DNA of 64,000 nucleotides from Macrostomum lignano. Lineage: Eukaryota. A program made the translations under genes and the position numbers. The stretch lies in contig NIVC01002526.1 in NCBI GenBank assembly GCA_002269645.1, positions 19,880-83,879 on the forward strand, read 5' to 3'. The notes beneath the pieces were generated by a model that saw only the letters and a list, made by a program, of their open reading frames with translations, made no database searches and was not told the DNA's origin. Shown here piece by piece: positions 12,013 through 36,884 of the stretch (its first letter is position 1; each line of letters opens with the position of its first letter).

Positions 12013-12198
12013 AATAGGAACTAGTCGGCTGCATAAACCAAACACCACCGACTTCTTACATTTGTATTTTTGAATTTCGATTGTAACCTCAGGTTTCTGT
12101 AGTTTTCGTAGCTTAAATTTTTCGTGGGCCATAGACTCGTACAAGTGCTTCCTCTGTTTCGTATTTGGCAAGCACGAAACAGAATCGTTAATTAATCG

Positions 12199-12519
12199 TA
12201 TATATATATATATATATATTAAGACGCAGAGGGGAGAACCCTTGCGCGCACGCGATCGCAGAACAGGCGGAAGGGGCAGGCAGCAGCAGCCTGAGGGGTC
12301 AGGTCAAGCGCCTGCAAGTCAGCGATGAGGCAGTCCGTTAGAGTGGCAGTGCGGGCCTGGCCGCGGCGCAATTGCTCGGTCGGCCGGTGCAGCATGGCCA
12401 GGGCCAGAGGGACGGGCCTACCGCGACCCAGGTCCGTAGGCAGTGGCCCAGCAGCATCTGGCGGCGCCGGCGCAGGGTAGCGCTCAGGGGCGGAGTTCCA
12501 GCGCGCCACCACTAGAATC
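12199..12519 (-). mobile_element. 5'-truncated RTE-clade non-LTR retrotransposon 3' end with (TA)n tail
   Basis: Two overlapping frames give LSATLRRRRQMLLGHCLR and LHRPTEQLRRGQARTATLTDCLIADL. These match the RTE ORF C-terminal pattern (I/L)RxRRLxxxGHCxR...RxRGRPxxTxxDxLxxD, with a frameshift. The stop at 12219 is followed directly by (TA)10. Confidence 0.75.
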
Positions 12520-14479
12520 ACCATGGATTCTAGTAAATATTTTCAACCGCGTTAATCCCAAACATACATTGAACCAACCAAAACAAAGAGACTAAAACTA
12601 ACGTATGGCCGATGACTCGACAGGATGGAGTCTAGTTGTGACTAGTTGTGAGCCGCACAGTTCACTGTTGAAGAACGCAATAAGCAGTTTTTCCTCTCTT
12701 TCTGCAGTTCTTTTAGCAACTCCTGTATTGCCTACAGACAAGCTGCTCTTTCTTGCTTAACGAGTATTTACAGCTGTCAGATAATCTCAGTTCGCGATAC
12801 CGATATTGGATGCTTAAGACCTGGACGGGTTCCAACGCAACAACATCTTCAGCAACGTATGGCTTTTGTTCTGCATCAGTAGATGCGCTTGCCACCTACT
12901 GCCATACCACATCCAACTAAATTCTGTCGGGTTTACTGGTCTATCGCCAACTACGGTATAGAAGAGGTTTGTTAAGTACAGCGACAGTGCAGTTTTACAC
13001 TTAGTTTAAGTATAGTTTGCAAGGACTAGTACATGCACGTCTTTACTAAATTGTAATTTAATTAATTCTTGCGTGATACGAGCCCTACGGGCCTAATTCG
13101 TGAAACATATGTTTGCACTGTTGACGACTGTACTCAATTAAGAAAAGAGGAAAAACAAAAACAGAAGTTATTTTATCAAGCAGTTTATAAGCACGGAACC
13201 GTTAGTCAGTCCTGAAAGCAAAAACAAAAAGCAGCGGCGATAGCGCAAGTGTACTGTGTTTATTTACATTTCCAATTTTTTTCAAACGCATTTTTAACAG
13301 ACTCCTGTTTGGCGAATAATCAATTACGTATATTACGACATTTGAAAGCTTTTTGACTCATACGGGTATTTCATAACGGAAAAAGAGAAGAAACAGCGGA
13401 CTCGCTATGAGATGCTGACTGCGTTTGTGGAGTGCCAGTTTTGCGACGCAAGCAAATGTGGCATTAGGTGAATTGCTGAGTTAAAGAGGGGCCAGCCGTG
13501 ACTTCTGGCATTGGAGCACAACACTTATTTAAGTTACAGTATATACATCTAGAATTGCAAAGTAATTTCGACTATTGTTGCTTAGTAAGTAGTATAAAAA
13601 TCGATAAGATTATCATTTTTAAATCAGCGGTATCCATGTATGAATGCATGCAACTACAGCGTATTATATATGCATAATGGTCTGCTATGGTGCACTACAA
13701 GAGAGCTGTGATTTGTGTGTGCGTGCTCTGCTGATTGCGGTCTCGCACAGTTGCCAAGGAGGCAGTCATTTACGAGTACGAGTATTTTCTAGAACTGAGT
13801 CAATTCGGATACTTTAGTAGAAACGAAGGCTACTCCTAATAACGGAAGTTGATGAGAACTTCAATGGAGACGGCAGTCAGGGGGACGCTTTGGACGTCAA
13901 TAAATACGGACCGACCAACCAGCGTATCCACCGCTATTGCTTGTCCCACCTGTGCGGAGACGGCGGCATCTCGCTTGCTTGCGCAACCGAGGATCTGCGG
14001 GATGGTGCAAAGGTCGTGGTTTAAGTGCGGGCGATGCTAGCGAAACAGAGAAATTTGCCGCAGATACGAGTAATGGTGAAACGCTAAACGACACAGTCCA
14101 TGCCTCTGCAGTGGTATTGAGGCCTTAAAAATCTTGAACAGTCACGGAGTGCAACCGCTTTAAATGCATCCTCGACGCAATAAAAAGACTACCAAAAGGC
14201 CTAGGAAAAAGACTCATTACAGGACTCTAAAAGTGCAGAGACCAACTGAAGGCCCTCTTTAGATGGGTTATGAAAACCCATCTAACCGTACTCCTGGACA
14301 CTCTGAAACACGAAATGAAGTTATTAATGCAAACAACACCCCCGATGTTTGATCCCGTACGCGGCCAAATCAATTCTAGTCTCTTGCACGAAAATTGGCC
14401 TGGGGCTTGTATGATTCGTGACCGTGACGGGCCAACCCGAAGGCGGAGTGTGCACAGTACATGTCTGCCGACGCGGAAG

Positions 14480-22462
<7,983 letters not shown>

Positions 22463-23195
22463 GGTTCACTGTTTAGTTATAATGAGACTATTTGATACAA
22501 CAGCGCAGATATCTTCTTGCGCTCTATATCTATATTGTATCTCTGCGTATTTTTCCTGGCTTTTTATTTAGCAAAAGAAGAAGAAAGCCGAGACTAGGGG
22601 AGGGGGGAGTCGATTCATTTTGAGAGCTGGGGCAGAGAGGAGAGAGAGCTGGCGGAATTCTGGTTGGCTGGTGAATGCGTTCACTGACTGGGGTTGCTGG
22701 AAGGTCAGGCCAGAGCTCCACGAGGCCAACAGAGGGGGGAGGCCACTGGACTCGCTGTTTGGGTTGGCTGGGGTGCTGGAGGCGGCAACTGACTAACAAC
22801 CCCTCCCAGCCGCTCCCTCGTTCTTCATGTACATTTGGCCCCGGCAGTGTGTGTTGTGTAATGCATGGGCCGGTCTGCCGTTGGAGGAGGAAACGGGAGG
22901 GTCGACCAGACGGAACCCGAGCTTTCCATATAGCTAAGCTAATGGCATGGCATGCTGGCTCTCGTGCCTGAATCGATTCGATATCCCCCCTAGCGTGTCC
23001 TGTCTGCCCGGTTCACAAGCCATCCCAAATCCCAGTCAGTTAAATTTTAGTGGCTCTTGCCTACGCTACTGGCGTTTCCTCTCCTATGCCAGGAATGCCT
23101 GAATGAAAATTGCTTTCGTGAATGAGCCAAGTAGCGGGCTGTCAGGTGATCATCAGCTGATCGCCACGTAACGCGACCCGTCCACATGATGCTGC

Positions 23196-23790
23196 CAAGG
23201 ACTACTCAAGTAGAAGGACTGGAAACAACATTTCTTAGAAAATGCTTGAGGCTGGTTTTCGCAGAAAAATACACTACGGAGATAGGAAGTTTTCACTTTT
23301 TTTTCAGCACGAAAATTGTTATTGCTTTCGATAGGAAGCAGACCCAATGTTAATCTTTTGATATGTTGTGGCTTTCTTATTGCTCTATTGATATTCATAA
23401 AGCTTTTCGTTTAGAAAATTAGGATTCTATGTTAACTTTTTATTCTACGTACAATTGTACATGTCGCTCTATTTTATCATTCTTAGCTGACTGTCTCACA
23501 CTGTGTGTAACAAAGATGATAAAAAAGATTCATAAAACCAATGAGTCGAGCTGAGCCATGCATTTTTATGATTTTAGTTTTCTAAAAGAAAGCTTTATGA
23601 ATATTAATAGAGCTATAAGAAAGGCACAACATATCAAAAGACGAACATTGGGTCTGCTTCCTATATCGAAAGCAATAACAATTTTTGTGCTGAAAAAAAG
23701 TTAAAACTTCCTATCTCCGTAGTGTATTTTTTGGCAAAACCAGCCTCATAAACATTTTCTAAGAAACGTCCTTCTCTTAAGTAGTCCTTG
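23196..23790. mobile_element. P-superfamily-like MITE with ~225-bp imperfect TIRs and 8-bp TSD
   Basis: Termini CAAGGACTACT...AGTAGTCCTTG. GATGCTGC is duplicated at 23188-23195 and 23791-23798. Arms ~23196-23420 and ~23575-23790 are reverse complements. CANRG termini with an 8-bp TSD are characteristic of P elements. Confidence 0.85.
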
Positions 23791-24329
23791 GATGCTGCAA
23801 GATGGGTGACCTAAAACTTGAAATTCGAAATTTCACATGTAAACTTGTACCGTCTACCGTCCGTCTATCTATTGAATAGTTTACAATGATGGGCATCAGG
23901 AACGCAAGGACCACCAAAACACAACACACAAGGATTGCTAGGGACACAAGGACCCCTAAGAACACAAAGATTGCTAGAGATGCAAGACCGCTAAAACGCA
24001 AGGATTGCTAGGCTCGAGGACCGCTAAGAACTAGATGATTATGTGAAACACAATCACAAGAATATACAAGTATTCGCAAGAACTTCAAGAAGAGCGCCAT
24101 GAGTCAATGAGCAAGAGATCAGTTAAATTTCAGTATTTTAATATTAGCTTTCTTATTTAATTCTAGGTGCATAAAATTGGTTGTTAAGCGTTTAATAAGG
24201 CCATTAACTGTACAAGACCTTTTTTAGCTTCGTGTAATTGGTTAATTCAAGTTTCCTTTGTTCAAAATATTTACTATTCACAGTTCTCCTGACATAGAAA
24301 AAAGTTATAGTGCATGGCTGTGTCGGTAG

Positions 24330-24946
24330 CAAACAGGGAGTGACCTACCGGTGTATGGTGGCATTGGTGGAAAACAGGGAGTGACCTACCGCTGTATGGT
24401 GGCGTTGGTAGGAAACAGGGAGTGACCTACCGCTGTATGGTGGCGTTGGTAGGAAACAAGGAGTGACCTACCGGTGTATGGTGGCGTTGGTAGGAAACAG
24501 GGAGTGACCTACCGCTGTATGGTGGCGTTGGTAGGAAACAGGGAGTGACCTACCGCTGTATGGTGGCGTTGGTAGGAAACAAGGAGTGACCTACCGGTGT
24601 ATGGTGGCGTTGGTAGGAAACAGGGAGTGACCTACCGCTGTATGGTGGCGTTGGTAGGAAACAGGGAGTGACCTACCGCTGTATGGTGGCGTTGGTAGGA
24701 AACAGGGAGTGACCTACCGCTGTATGGTGGCGTTAGTAGGAAACAGGGAGTGACCTACCGCTGTATGGTGGCGTTGGTAGGAAACAAGGAGTGACCTACC
24801 GCTGTATGGTGGCGTTGCTAGGAAACAAGGAGTGACCTACCGCTGTATGGTGGCGTTGGTAGGAAACAGGGAGTGACCTACCGGTGTATGGTGGCGTTGG
24901 TAGGAAACAGGGAGTGACCTACCGGTGTATGGTGGCGTTGCTAGGA
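24330..24946. repeat. 41-bp minisatellite
   Basis: Unit GGAAACAGGGAGTGACCTACCGCTGTATGGTGGCGTTGGTA, about 15 copies. Confidence 0.97.
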
Positions 24947-25329
24947 ATTAGGGACCACCCTGTGCAAGTGTTTTGGGATAACAGAAGACCATGATTAAAC
25001 CACTTAATAGGCTTTTTCTCAGAAAAAAACATGATTGGCAATAAAACAACAGCGAGTGTTCCATACTACTATTTAAGCGCGAAAAAAGTAGTCAGACGAG
25101 AATGTGCAGCGTCAAGAAACAACTAACAATAGTAAATTCCTATTTTTGATTGTGTATGAGAAAAAGCATAGCGATGACGGCACTATAAAGTAGTAATAAT
25201 AAGACTCAGGCTCCGGGCTCAGTTACCAAGTGAAAATCAACGATTTGGCGGCTCTCTATGATGCCGAATTCGAAGCATCTTGAATCACTGGTTGAAGACA
25301 TTGGAGTTTCACTGACGGGTGAGTCTGGC

Positions 25330-27927
<2,598 letters not shown>

Positions 27928-28120
27928 GTCGGCTGCTTGAGGCAGCTGCTGCTGCTGCTGTTGTTGCTGTTGCTGAAGCTGTCGCTGGCTAATGCGCAGC
28001 TCCTGAACTGAGGAGGCCGCTTGAAGGCGGCTGCCAACTTTTGGCTGCTTGTTGCCAACGAAAGCGCCGCTGCCGCCGTGGCTGGAGAGGCTGATACCGA
28101 ACTGCGAGGATGAGAATGCT

Positions 28121-29260
28121 GTGACAGATGAGAGTGGGTACTGTGACAGATGAGAATGGTTACTTTGACAGATGAGAATGGGTACTGTGACAGATGAGAA
28201 TGGGTACTTTGACAGATGAGAATGGATACTGTGACAGATGAGAATGGGTATTGTGACAGATGAGAATGGGTATTGTGACAGATGAGAATGGGTACTGTGA
28301 CAGATGAGAATGGGTACTGTGACAGATGAGAATGGGTACTGTGACAGATGAGAATGGGTACTTTGACAGATGAGAATGGGTACTGTGACAGATGAGAATG
28401 GGTACTTTGACAGATGAGAATGGGTACTGTGACAGATGAGAATGGGTACTGTGACAGATGAGAATGGGTACTGTGACAGATGAGAATGGGTACTGTGACA
28501 GATGAGAATGGGTACTGTGACAGATGAGAATGGGTACTTTGACAGATGAGAATGGGTACTGTGACAGATGAGAATGGGTACTGTGACAGATGAGAATGGG
28601 TACTGTAACAGATGAGAATGGGTACTGTGACAGTTGAGAATGGGTACTGTGACAGATGAGAATGGGTACTGTGACAGATGAGAATGGGTACTGTGACAGT
28701 TGAGAATGGGTACTGTGACAGATAAGAATGGGTACTGTGACAGATGAGAATGGGTACTGTGACAGATGAGAATGGGTACTGTGACAGATGAGAATGGGTA
28801 CTGTGACAGATGAGAATGGGTACTGTGACAGTTGAGAATGGGTACTGTGACAGTTGAGAATGGGTCTGTGACAGTTGAGAATGGGTACTGTGACAGTTGA
28901 GAATGGGTACTGTGACAGTTGAGAATGGGTACTGTGACAGATGAGAATGGGTACTGTGACAGTTGAGAATGGGTACTGTGACAGATGAGAATGGGTACTG
29001 TGACAGTTGAGAATGGGTACTGTGACAGTTGAGAATGGGTACTGTGACAGATGAGAATGGGTACTGTGACAGATGAGAATGGGTACTGTGACAGTTGAGA
29101 ATGGGTACTGTGACAGTTGAGAATGGGTACTGTGACAGATGAGAATGGGTACTGTGACAGTTGAGAATGGGTACTGTGACAGATGAGAATGGGTACTGTG
29201 ACAGTTGAGAATGGGTACTGTGACAGTTGAGAATGGATACTGTGACAAATGAGAATGTCC
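28121..29260. repeat. 22-bp minisatellite
   Basis: Unit GTGACAGATGAGAATGGGTACT, about 51 copies. Explains the 612-aa and 362-aa track ORFs. Confidence 0.97.
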
Positions 29261-30083
29261 AGTGTGAACGATGAGAATGTCCAGTGTGAACGACGAAAGC
29301 AGAAGCTGTCAGCCATAAAACAACTTAGGCCCAGGCTTATCGAGTATACTTCAACGGGTTTAAAAAGATAATGGATTATTCTGAGAAACCCTCACAGAAA
29401 CGACCGGATGTCAAAGCACAGAGCACAGTTGCTTCCAAGCGTTACAGATGAAGCCTCTCTCTGTAGAGAGTCTGGAACAACCTTGCGTATTTCTTACCGA
29501 GAGCTTTGTGAGCCAGACCTCAGCCTCCCACTTGCAGGTAGCCAAGGTGTGGGTTTCTCAGCCTTTCAAGAACCCACACAGCCTACACGTTGCTAATGCC
29601 TTCCCTTTACTATTTTATGCGCTTGCAATTATAACAGGGAGAAGGGATGGAGAATGGGGGATGAGGCCTGGAGCAGAGGCTGGGAGAGAAGAGTGAATGA
29701 GGCGCTTATAGATTGGAAAAGTAGAGACAGGCGGAGAGGAGGGGGAGCTCAGAATGGCGAGAACGTCCGACTCATTCTGCACCGCGGGTGAACCGCCGTG
29801 CCCTCCCCGCCCTCAGTGCTCTGCAACTGGAAATCTCCCCACTCCGCTCTTGTCCAAAAGAAGAAGTTTGGCGCCGCTCCGATCGTCAGACGCCAAATTT
29901 AGATCAGCCAGCCCTCTATAGTGTTTTGTTTCTGACCGTTGCAGCGACTTGCACGGGTATTGTAGGGGTTGGGGACGGATTCTAGCTGAGCTGCCATAGC
30001 CCTTCCCCTTGAGCCAACTGGGCTACTTCCTGTGGCCTAGTATTGAATTTGCACTATTCAATAACAGAGCTGTTGCCTTTGCA

Positions 30084-31752
30084 GAAGTTTTAGGCGGCCG
30101 GTTTTACCGAAGAAATACATTATGGAGATAGGAGGTTTTCATTTTTCAGCACCAAAATTGTTTTTGCTTTTGATAGTTCAAGGCGGACCCAATGTTAATC
30201 TTTTAAAATGTCTTGCCTTTGTTATAGTTATTTTGATATTCATAAAGCTATTTGTTTAGAAAATTAGGATTCTATGTTAATTTTATATCCTACGCTTATG
30301 TCCTGTGTCTGAAAATCATAAAGAATGGCGCAACTCAACTCATTGGTTATATTATATAGGAATCTATTTTATCATTCTGTTACACATCTTGTTACACAGT
30401 CATTAAGCTAAGAATGATGAAATTTATTCATAAAACCAATGAGTCCAGCTTGACATCTCAGAATTGCTGAGCTGTCAAGGCTTACGGGGGGAATTGTTGA
30501 GCTGTCAAGGCTTACGGAGGGAATTGCTGAGCTGTCAAGGCTTACAAGGGAATTTCTGAGAGGTCAAGGCTTACGGGGGGAATTGCTGAGCTGTCAAGGC
30601 TTACGGGGGGAATTGCTGAGCTGTCAAGGCTTACAAGGGAATTTCTGAGAGGTCAAGGCTTACGGGGGGAATTGCTGAGCTGTCAAGGCTTACAAGGGAA
30701 TTTCTGAGAGGTCAAGGCTTACGGGGGGAATTGCTGAGCTGTCAAGGCTTACAAGGGAATTTCTGAGAGGTCAAGGCTTAGGGGGGAATTGCTGAGCTGT
30801 CAAGGCTTACGGGGGGAATTGCTGAGCTGTCAAGGCTTACGGGGGGAATTGCTGAGATGTCAAGGCTTACAGGCGGAATTGCTGAGCTGTCAAGGCTTAC
30901 GGGGGGAATTGTTGAGATGTCAAGGCTTACGGGGGGAATTGCTGAGCTGTCAAGGCTTACAAGGGAATTTCTGAGAGGTCAAGGCTTACGGGGGGAATTG
31001 CTGAGCTGTCAAGGCTTACAAGGGAATTTCTGAGAGGTCAAGGCTTAGGGGGGAATTGCTGAGCTGTCAAGGCTTACAGGGGGAATTGCTGAGCTGTCAA
31101 GGCTTACGGGGGGAATTGCTGAGATGTCAAGGCTTACAGGGGGAATTGCTGAGCTGTCAAGGCTTACGGGGGAATTGCTGAGCTGTCAAGGCTTACGGGG
31201 GGAATTGCTGAGCTGTCAAGGCTTACTGGGGGAATTGCTGAGATGTCAGGGGGAATCGCTGAGATGTCAAGGCTTACTGGGGGAATTGCTGAGATGTCAA
31301 GGGGAATCACTGAGATGTCAAGGCTTACGGGGGGAATTGCTGAGATGTCAGGGGGAATCGCTGAGATGTCAAGGCTTACGGGGGGAATTGCTGAGATGTC
31401 AAGGCTTACTGGGTGAATTGCTGAGATGTGGAGGCTGAGGTCAGAAGCTTATTCTGACCTTATTTGAATAAACACGTAGTTTATTCAAAAAAAATTATTC
31501 CATCTTTGTTGACTACCTAACGGGAGGGCGCAGATTCCTAGCAGAATCCTAATTTTCTAAACGAAAAGCTTTATTAAATCCATAGAGCTATAACAAAGGC
31601 AAGCCATATCAAAAGATGAACACTGGGTCTGTCTCCTATTTGTGCTAAAAATGAAACCTAGTATTTCCTTAATGTACTTTTACGGTAAAACCTGCCTGCT
31701 TAAAATTTCCCAAGAAACGTATTTTCCCGTCCATCTACTTGAGTATTCCTTG
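30084..31752. mobile_element. Second copy of the P-like MITE, left tip lost, expanded by an internal minisatellite
   Basis: 30084-30290 and 31545-31752 align with the two arms of 23196-23790 (e.g. GACCCAATGTTAATCTTTT, TTTAGAAAATTAGGATTCTATGTT, CATAAAACCAATGAGTC). Right terminus GAGTATTCCTTG. Confidence 0.8.
30460..31430. repeat. 30-bp minisatellite inside MITE
   Basis: Unit GAATTGCTGAGCTGTCAAGGCTTACGGGGG with a recurring TTTCTGAGAGGTCAAGG variant, about 32 copies. Confidence 0.96.
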
Positions 31753-32750
31753 GTTGCAGGCTGCCCAGGAGGAAGTGAAAGACTGTAGAAGCAAGTGATT
31801 GGCAGGGATATTCAGTTCAAAAACTAGCAATAGAAACAAGTAGTCTCTGTGTTCGTGTATGCTCAAGGCAAGACTTTGAGAGGATGTATCGAGTTGCTAG
31901 GCACAGGTGAAATCTAGTTTTGTCCAATTTAAAACTCTCACAGGCATGATTCGCCACAGTCAGGCTGTCCCGAGCTCTCGAATATCGCGCTTCTGGTCTC
32001 GACTGGTCTTCTGATCGGTAGGGTCGCCTGGGAGCAGCTGATTTCCGAATTCGCTTTCCAACCGCATGCGCAGTGCGGCTCTCAGCTGCCTCCGTTCGCC
32101 CAATTGCTCTGCTGACTAGAGGGGGAGGCCTGTGCTTTGCTATTCTTTCGCTTGGCTTCACATTTTTGTAGTGTGGATTTGACTGTCGGGCAGCTGCCCC
32201 GCAGCCCCTCCCGGCCCCATGTGCGCGTCTGTGCAGCTTGGGGCGGGGAGGCGAGTTCTTCATGCCCTGGCAGCTCTGCTCCCGCGGATTGGGCCGCGCG
32301 CCGCTCCGTGGATTAAGGCCAGCAGCCCCGGTCCTTGTTCCCTCACCCCTTCTTGTTCCAATTTCCGTGGGAACCCCGGCCCGGCCTTATGACTCACGGC
32401 TGCAGCCCCCCCCCCCGAGCCCCACCCCTCACCCGCGGCTTGGGCGAATATGGGCATGGCGGCTGCAGGGATTTAGCGCGATGCGAGGAGTGGAGGGGAA
32501 AGGGGAGAGGAAACAAAACTAACTGGGAAGCAGGAGAATAATGATAATCATATTTGGCCAGCGGATCCGAAATTGGCTCAATCTATCCTCTCTCTCTCCA
32601 ATCACTCTGTGTCGAATAGCTTTGTGACAGCACAAAAATAGGAGATTTATCCCACAACCCGCCCCAATTATAAAATTGATTCGCAACTTTGAGCAGGTTG
32701 TCGGAGTATGGACTGGGGGCATGTTGCGTAAACAGCTTTGATTAATCAGA

Positions 32751-33529
<779 letters not shown>

Positions 33530-33926
33530 CCATCGCAAAATGGTTAACACGCTACAGTCAGTCAGCTTACTTACCTTGGCCTCATTGCTGGGAGGACCCC
33601 TGGGAGGAAGTACATGATCGGGCAGCTGACTGATAAAGTAAAGTTGTGGCTTGCTACCTGAAAGTGTCAATCAAGCATCTATTAGAAGAGCGAATGAGTC
33701 ATCGAGGGAGGCCTCCGTGCACTGGGATTTCGCCTCATTATCCTCAGGAAGTGTGCGCATTCATGGCTGATAGTGGGGCCGGCTGTGTCACAGAAAGAGA
33801 AAGGAAGGCGCAAATTCTTATTAGAGGGCCTGTGCTTCTGTCTAGGCTGTAGCTAATTAGTGGCATCGGTAGAATTCAGGGCAAGGGCAGAATCTTTTTT
33901 AGTTTTGTTGCTTCTACAGGCACTGG

Positions 33927-36455
33927 ATAGATTCCGATTCTCTACAGTCTATTGGATAGATTAGCAATCCATTCCGATTCTCTACAGTCTATTGGATAGA
34001 TTAGCAATCCATTCCGATTCTCTACAGTCTATTGGATAGATTAGCAATCCATTCCGATTCTCTACAGTCTATTGGATAGATTAGCAATCCATTTCGATTC
34101 TCTACAGTCTATTGGATAGATTAGCAATCCATTCCGATTCTCTACAGTCTATTGGATAGATTAGCAATCCATTCCGATTCTCTACAGTCTATTGGATAGA
34201 TTAGCAATCCATTCCGATTCTCTACAGTCTTTTGAATAGATTAGCAATCCATTCCGATTCTCTACAGTCTATTGGATAGATTAGCAATCCATTCCGATTC
34301 TCTACAGTCTATTGGATAGATTAGCAATCCTTTCCGATTCTCTACAGTCTATTGGATAGATTAGCAATCCATTCCGATTCTCTACAGTCTATTGGATAGA
34401 TTAGCAATCCATTCCGATTCTCTACAGTCTTTTGAATAGATTAGCAATCCATTCCGATTCTCTACAGTCTATTGGATAGATTAGCAATCCATTCCGATTC
34501 TCTACAGTCTATTGGAAAGATTAGCAATCCTTTCCGATTCTCTACAGTCTATTGGATAGATTAGCAATCCATTCCGATTCTCTACAGTCTATTGGAAAGA
34601 TTAGCAATCCTTTCCGATTCTCTACAGTCTATTGGAAAGATTAGCAATCCTTTCCGATTCTCTACAGTCTATTGGATAGATTAGCAATCCATTCCGATTC
34701 TCTACAGTCTATTGGAAAGATTAGCAATCCTTTCCGATTCTCTACAGTCTATTGGATAGATTAGCAATCCATTCCGATTCTCTACAGTCTATTGGATAGA
34801 TTAGCAATCCATTCAGATTCTCTACAGTCTATTGGATAGATTAGCAATCCATTCAGATTCTCTACAGTCTTTTGAATAGATTAGCAATCCATTCAGATTC
34901 TCTACAGTCTATTGGATAGATTAGCAATCCATTCTGATTCTCTACAGTCTACTGGATAGATTAGCAATCCATTCCGATTCTCTACAGTCTACTGGATAGA
35001 TTAGCAATCCATTCCGATTCTCTACAGTCTATTGGATAGATTAGCAATCCATTCAGATTCTCTACAGTCTTTTGAATAGATTAGCAATCCATTCAGATTC
35101 TCTACAGTCTATTGGATAGATTAGCAATCCATTCCGATTCTCTACAGTCTACTGGATAGATTAGCAATCCATTCCGATTCTCTACAGTCTATTGGATAGA
35201 TTAGCAATCCATTCCGATTCTCTACAGTCTATTGGATAGATTAGCAATCCATTCAGATTCTCTACAGTCTATTGGATAGATTAGCAATCCATTCAGATTC
35301 TCTACAGTCTTTTGAATAGATTAGCAATCCATTCAGATTCTCTACAGTCTATTGGATAGATTAGCAATCCATTCCGATTCTCTACAGTCTACTGGATAGA
35401 TTAGCAATCCATTCCGATTCTCTACAGTCTACTGGATAGATTAGCAATCCATTCCGATTCTCTACAGTCTATTGGATAGATTAGCAATCCATTCCGATTC
35501 TCTACAGTCTATTGGATAGATTAGCAATCCATTCCGATTCTCTACAGTCTATTGGATAGATTAGCAATCCATTCCGATTCTCTACAGTCTATTGGATAGA
35601 TTAGCAATCCATTTCGATTCTCTACAGTCTATTGGATAGATTAGCAATCCATTCCGATTCTCTACAGTCTATTGGATAGATTAGCAATCCATTCCGATTC
35701 TCTACAGTCTATTGGATAGATTAGCAATCCATTCAGATTCTCTACAGTCTATTGGATAGATTAGCAATCCATTCCGATTCTCTACAGTCTATTGGATAGA
35801 TTAGCAATCCTTTCCGATTCTCTACAGTCTATTGGATAGATTAGCAATCCTTTCCGATTCTCTACAGTCTATTGGATAGATTAGCAATCCATTCCGATTC
35901 TCTACAGTCTATTGGATAGATTAGCAATCCATTCCGATTCTCTACAGTCTTTTGAATAGATTAGCAATCCATTCCGATTCTCTACAGTCTATTGGATAGA
36001 TTAGCAATCCATTCCGATTCTCTACAGTCTATTGGATAGATTAGCAATCCATTCCGATTCTCTACAGTCTATTGGATAGATTAGCAATCCATTCCGATTC
36101 TCTACAGTCTATTGGATAGATTAGCAATCCATTCCGATTCTCTACAGTCTTTTGAATAGATTAGCAATCCATTCCGATTCTCTACAGTCTATTGGATAGA
36201 TTAGCAATCCATTCCGATTCTCTACAGTCTATTGGATAGATTAGCAATCCATTCCGATTCTCTAAAGTCTATTGGATAGATTAGCAATCCATTCCGATTC
36301 TCTACAGTCTATTGGATAGATTAGCAATCCATTCCGATTCTCTACAGTCTATTGGATAGATTAGCAATCCATTCCAACTCTCTACAGTCTATTGGATAGA
36401 TTAGCAATCCTTTCTAATTCTCTAAAGTCTACTAGTTAGATTAGCAATCCATTCC
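33927..36455. repeat. 40-bp minisatellite, ~63 copies
   Basis: Unit ATTGGATAGATTAGCAATCCATTCCGATTCTCTACAGTCT with recurrent point variants. Confidence 0.98.
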
Positions 36456-36884
36456 ACCTTAAACACTGTGGGTTTGCTGTGTACAATTATTAGCCTTGGC
36501 TAAGATGATCCCCCATGCTATCTACCGGTCTGTCTAAGTGAAATACCTTCGCGTATTCCTGCTGCCGTATTGCAGAGAAAAGATCGGCTAGGGGTTGGAG
36601 AGAGGCGGCAGCGTGCGCGCCAAGTTCAAGGATCAGCCTAGCTTACGCGCATTCCTCCATTCCACTTTGCCAGGTCTGGTAAGTAAAATGCGCATTGGTA
36701 CAGTTGATCCGAAGGCCGAGGCGCCCCTGTAGACACAAGACCAGACTGTATGCAGACTGTTTGCATGACATTTCTTGTAATGTTGGCTGCGACTCTGGCT
36801 CTGCCATTAAATTGAAGTGGAGATAAACCAAAATAAATCTGGGTGGAGTGACTGTAATAGCTCATAGTTGCGATTCTCATAGTT

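Noticed and set aside
12713-12895. 60-aa minus-strand ORF as an upstream exon of the orphan gene
   Set aside because: No convincing donor or phase link to the 12028 acceptor.
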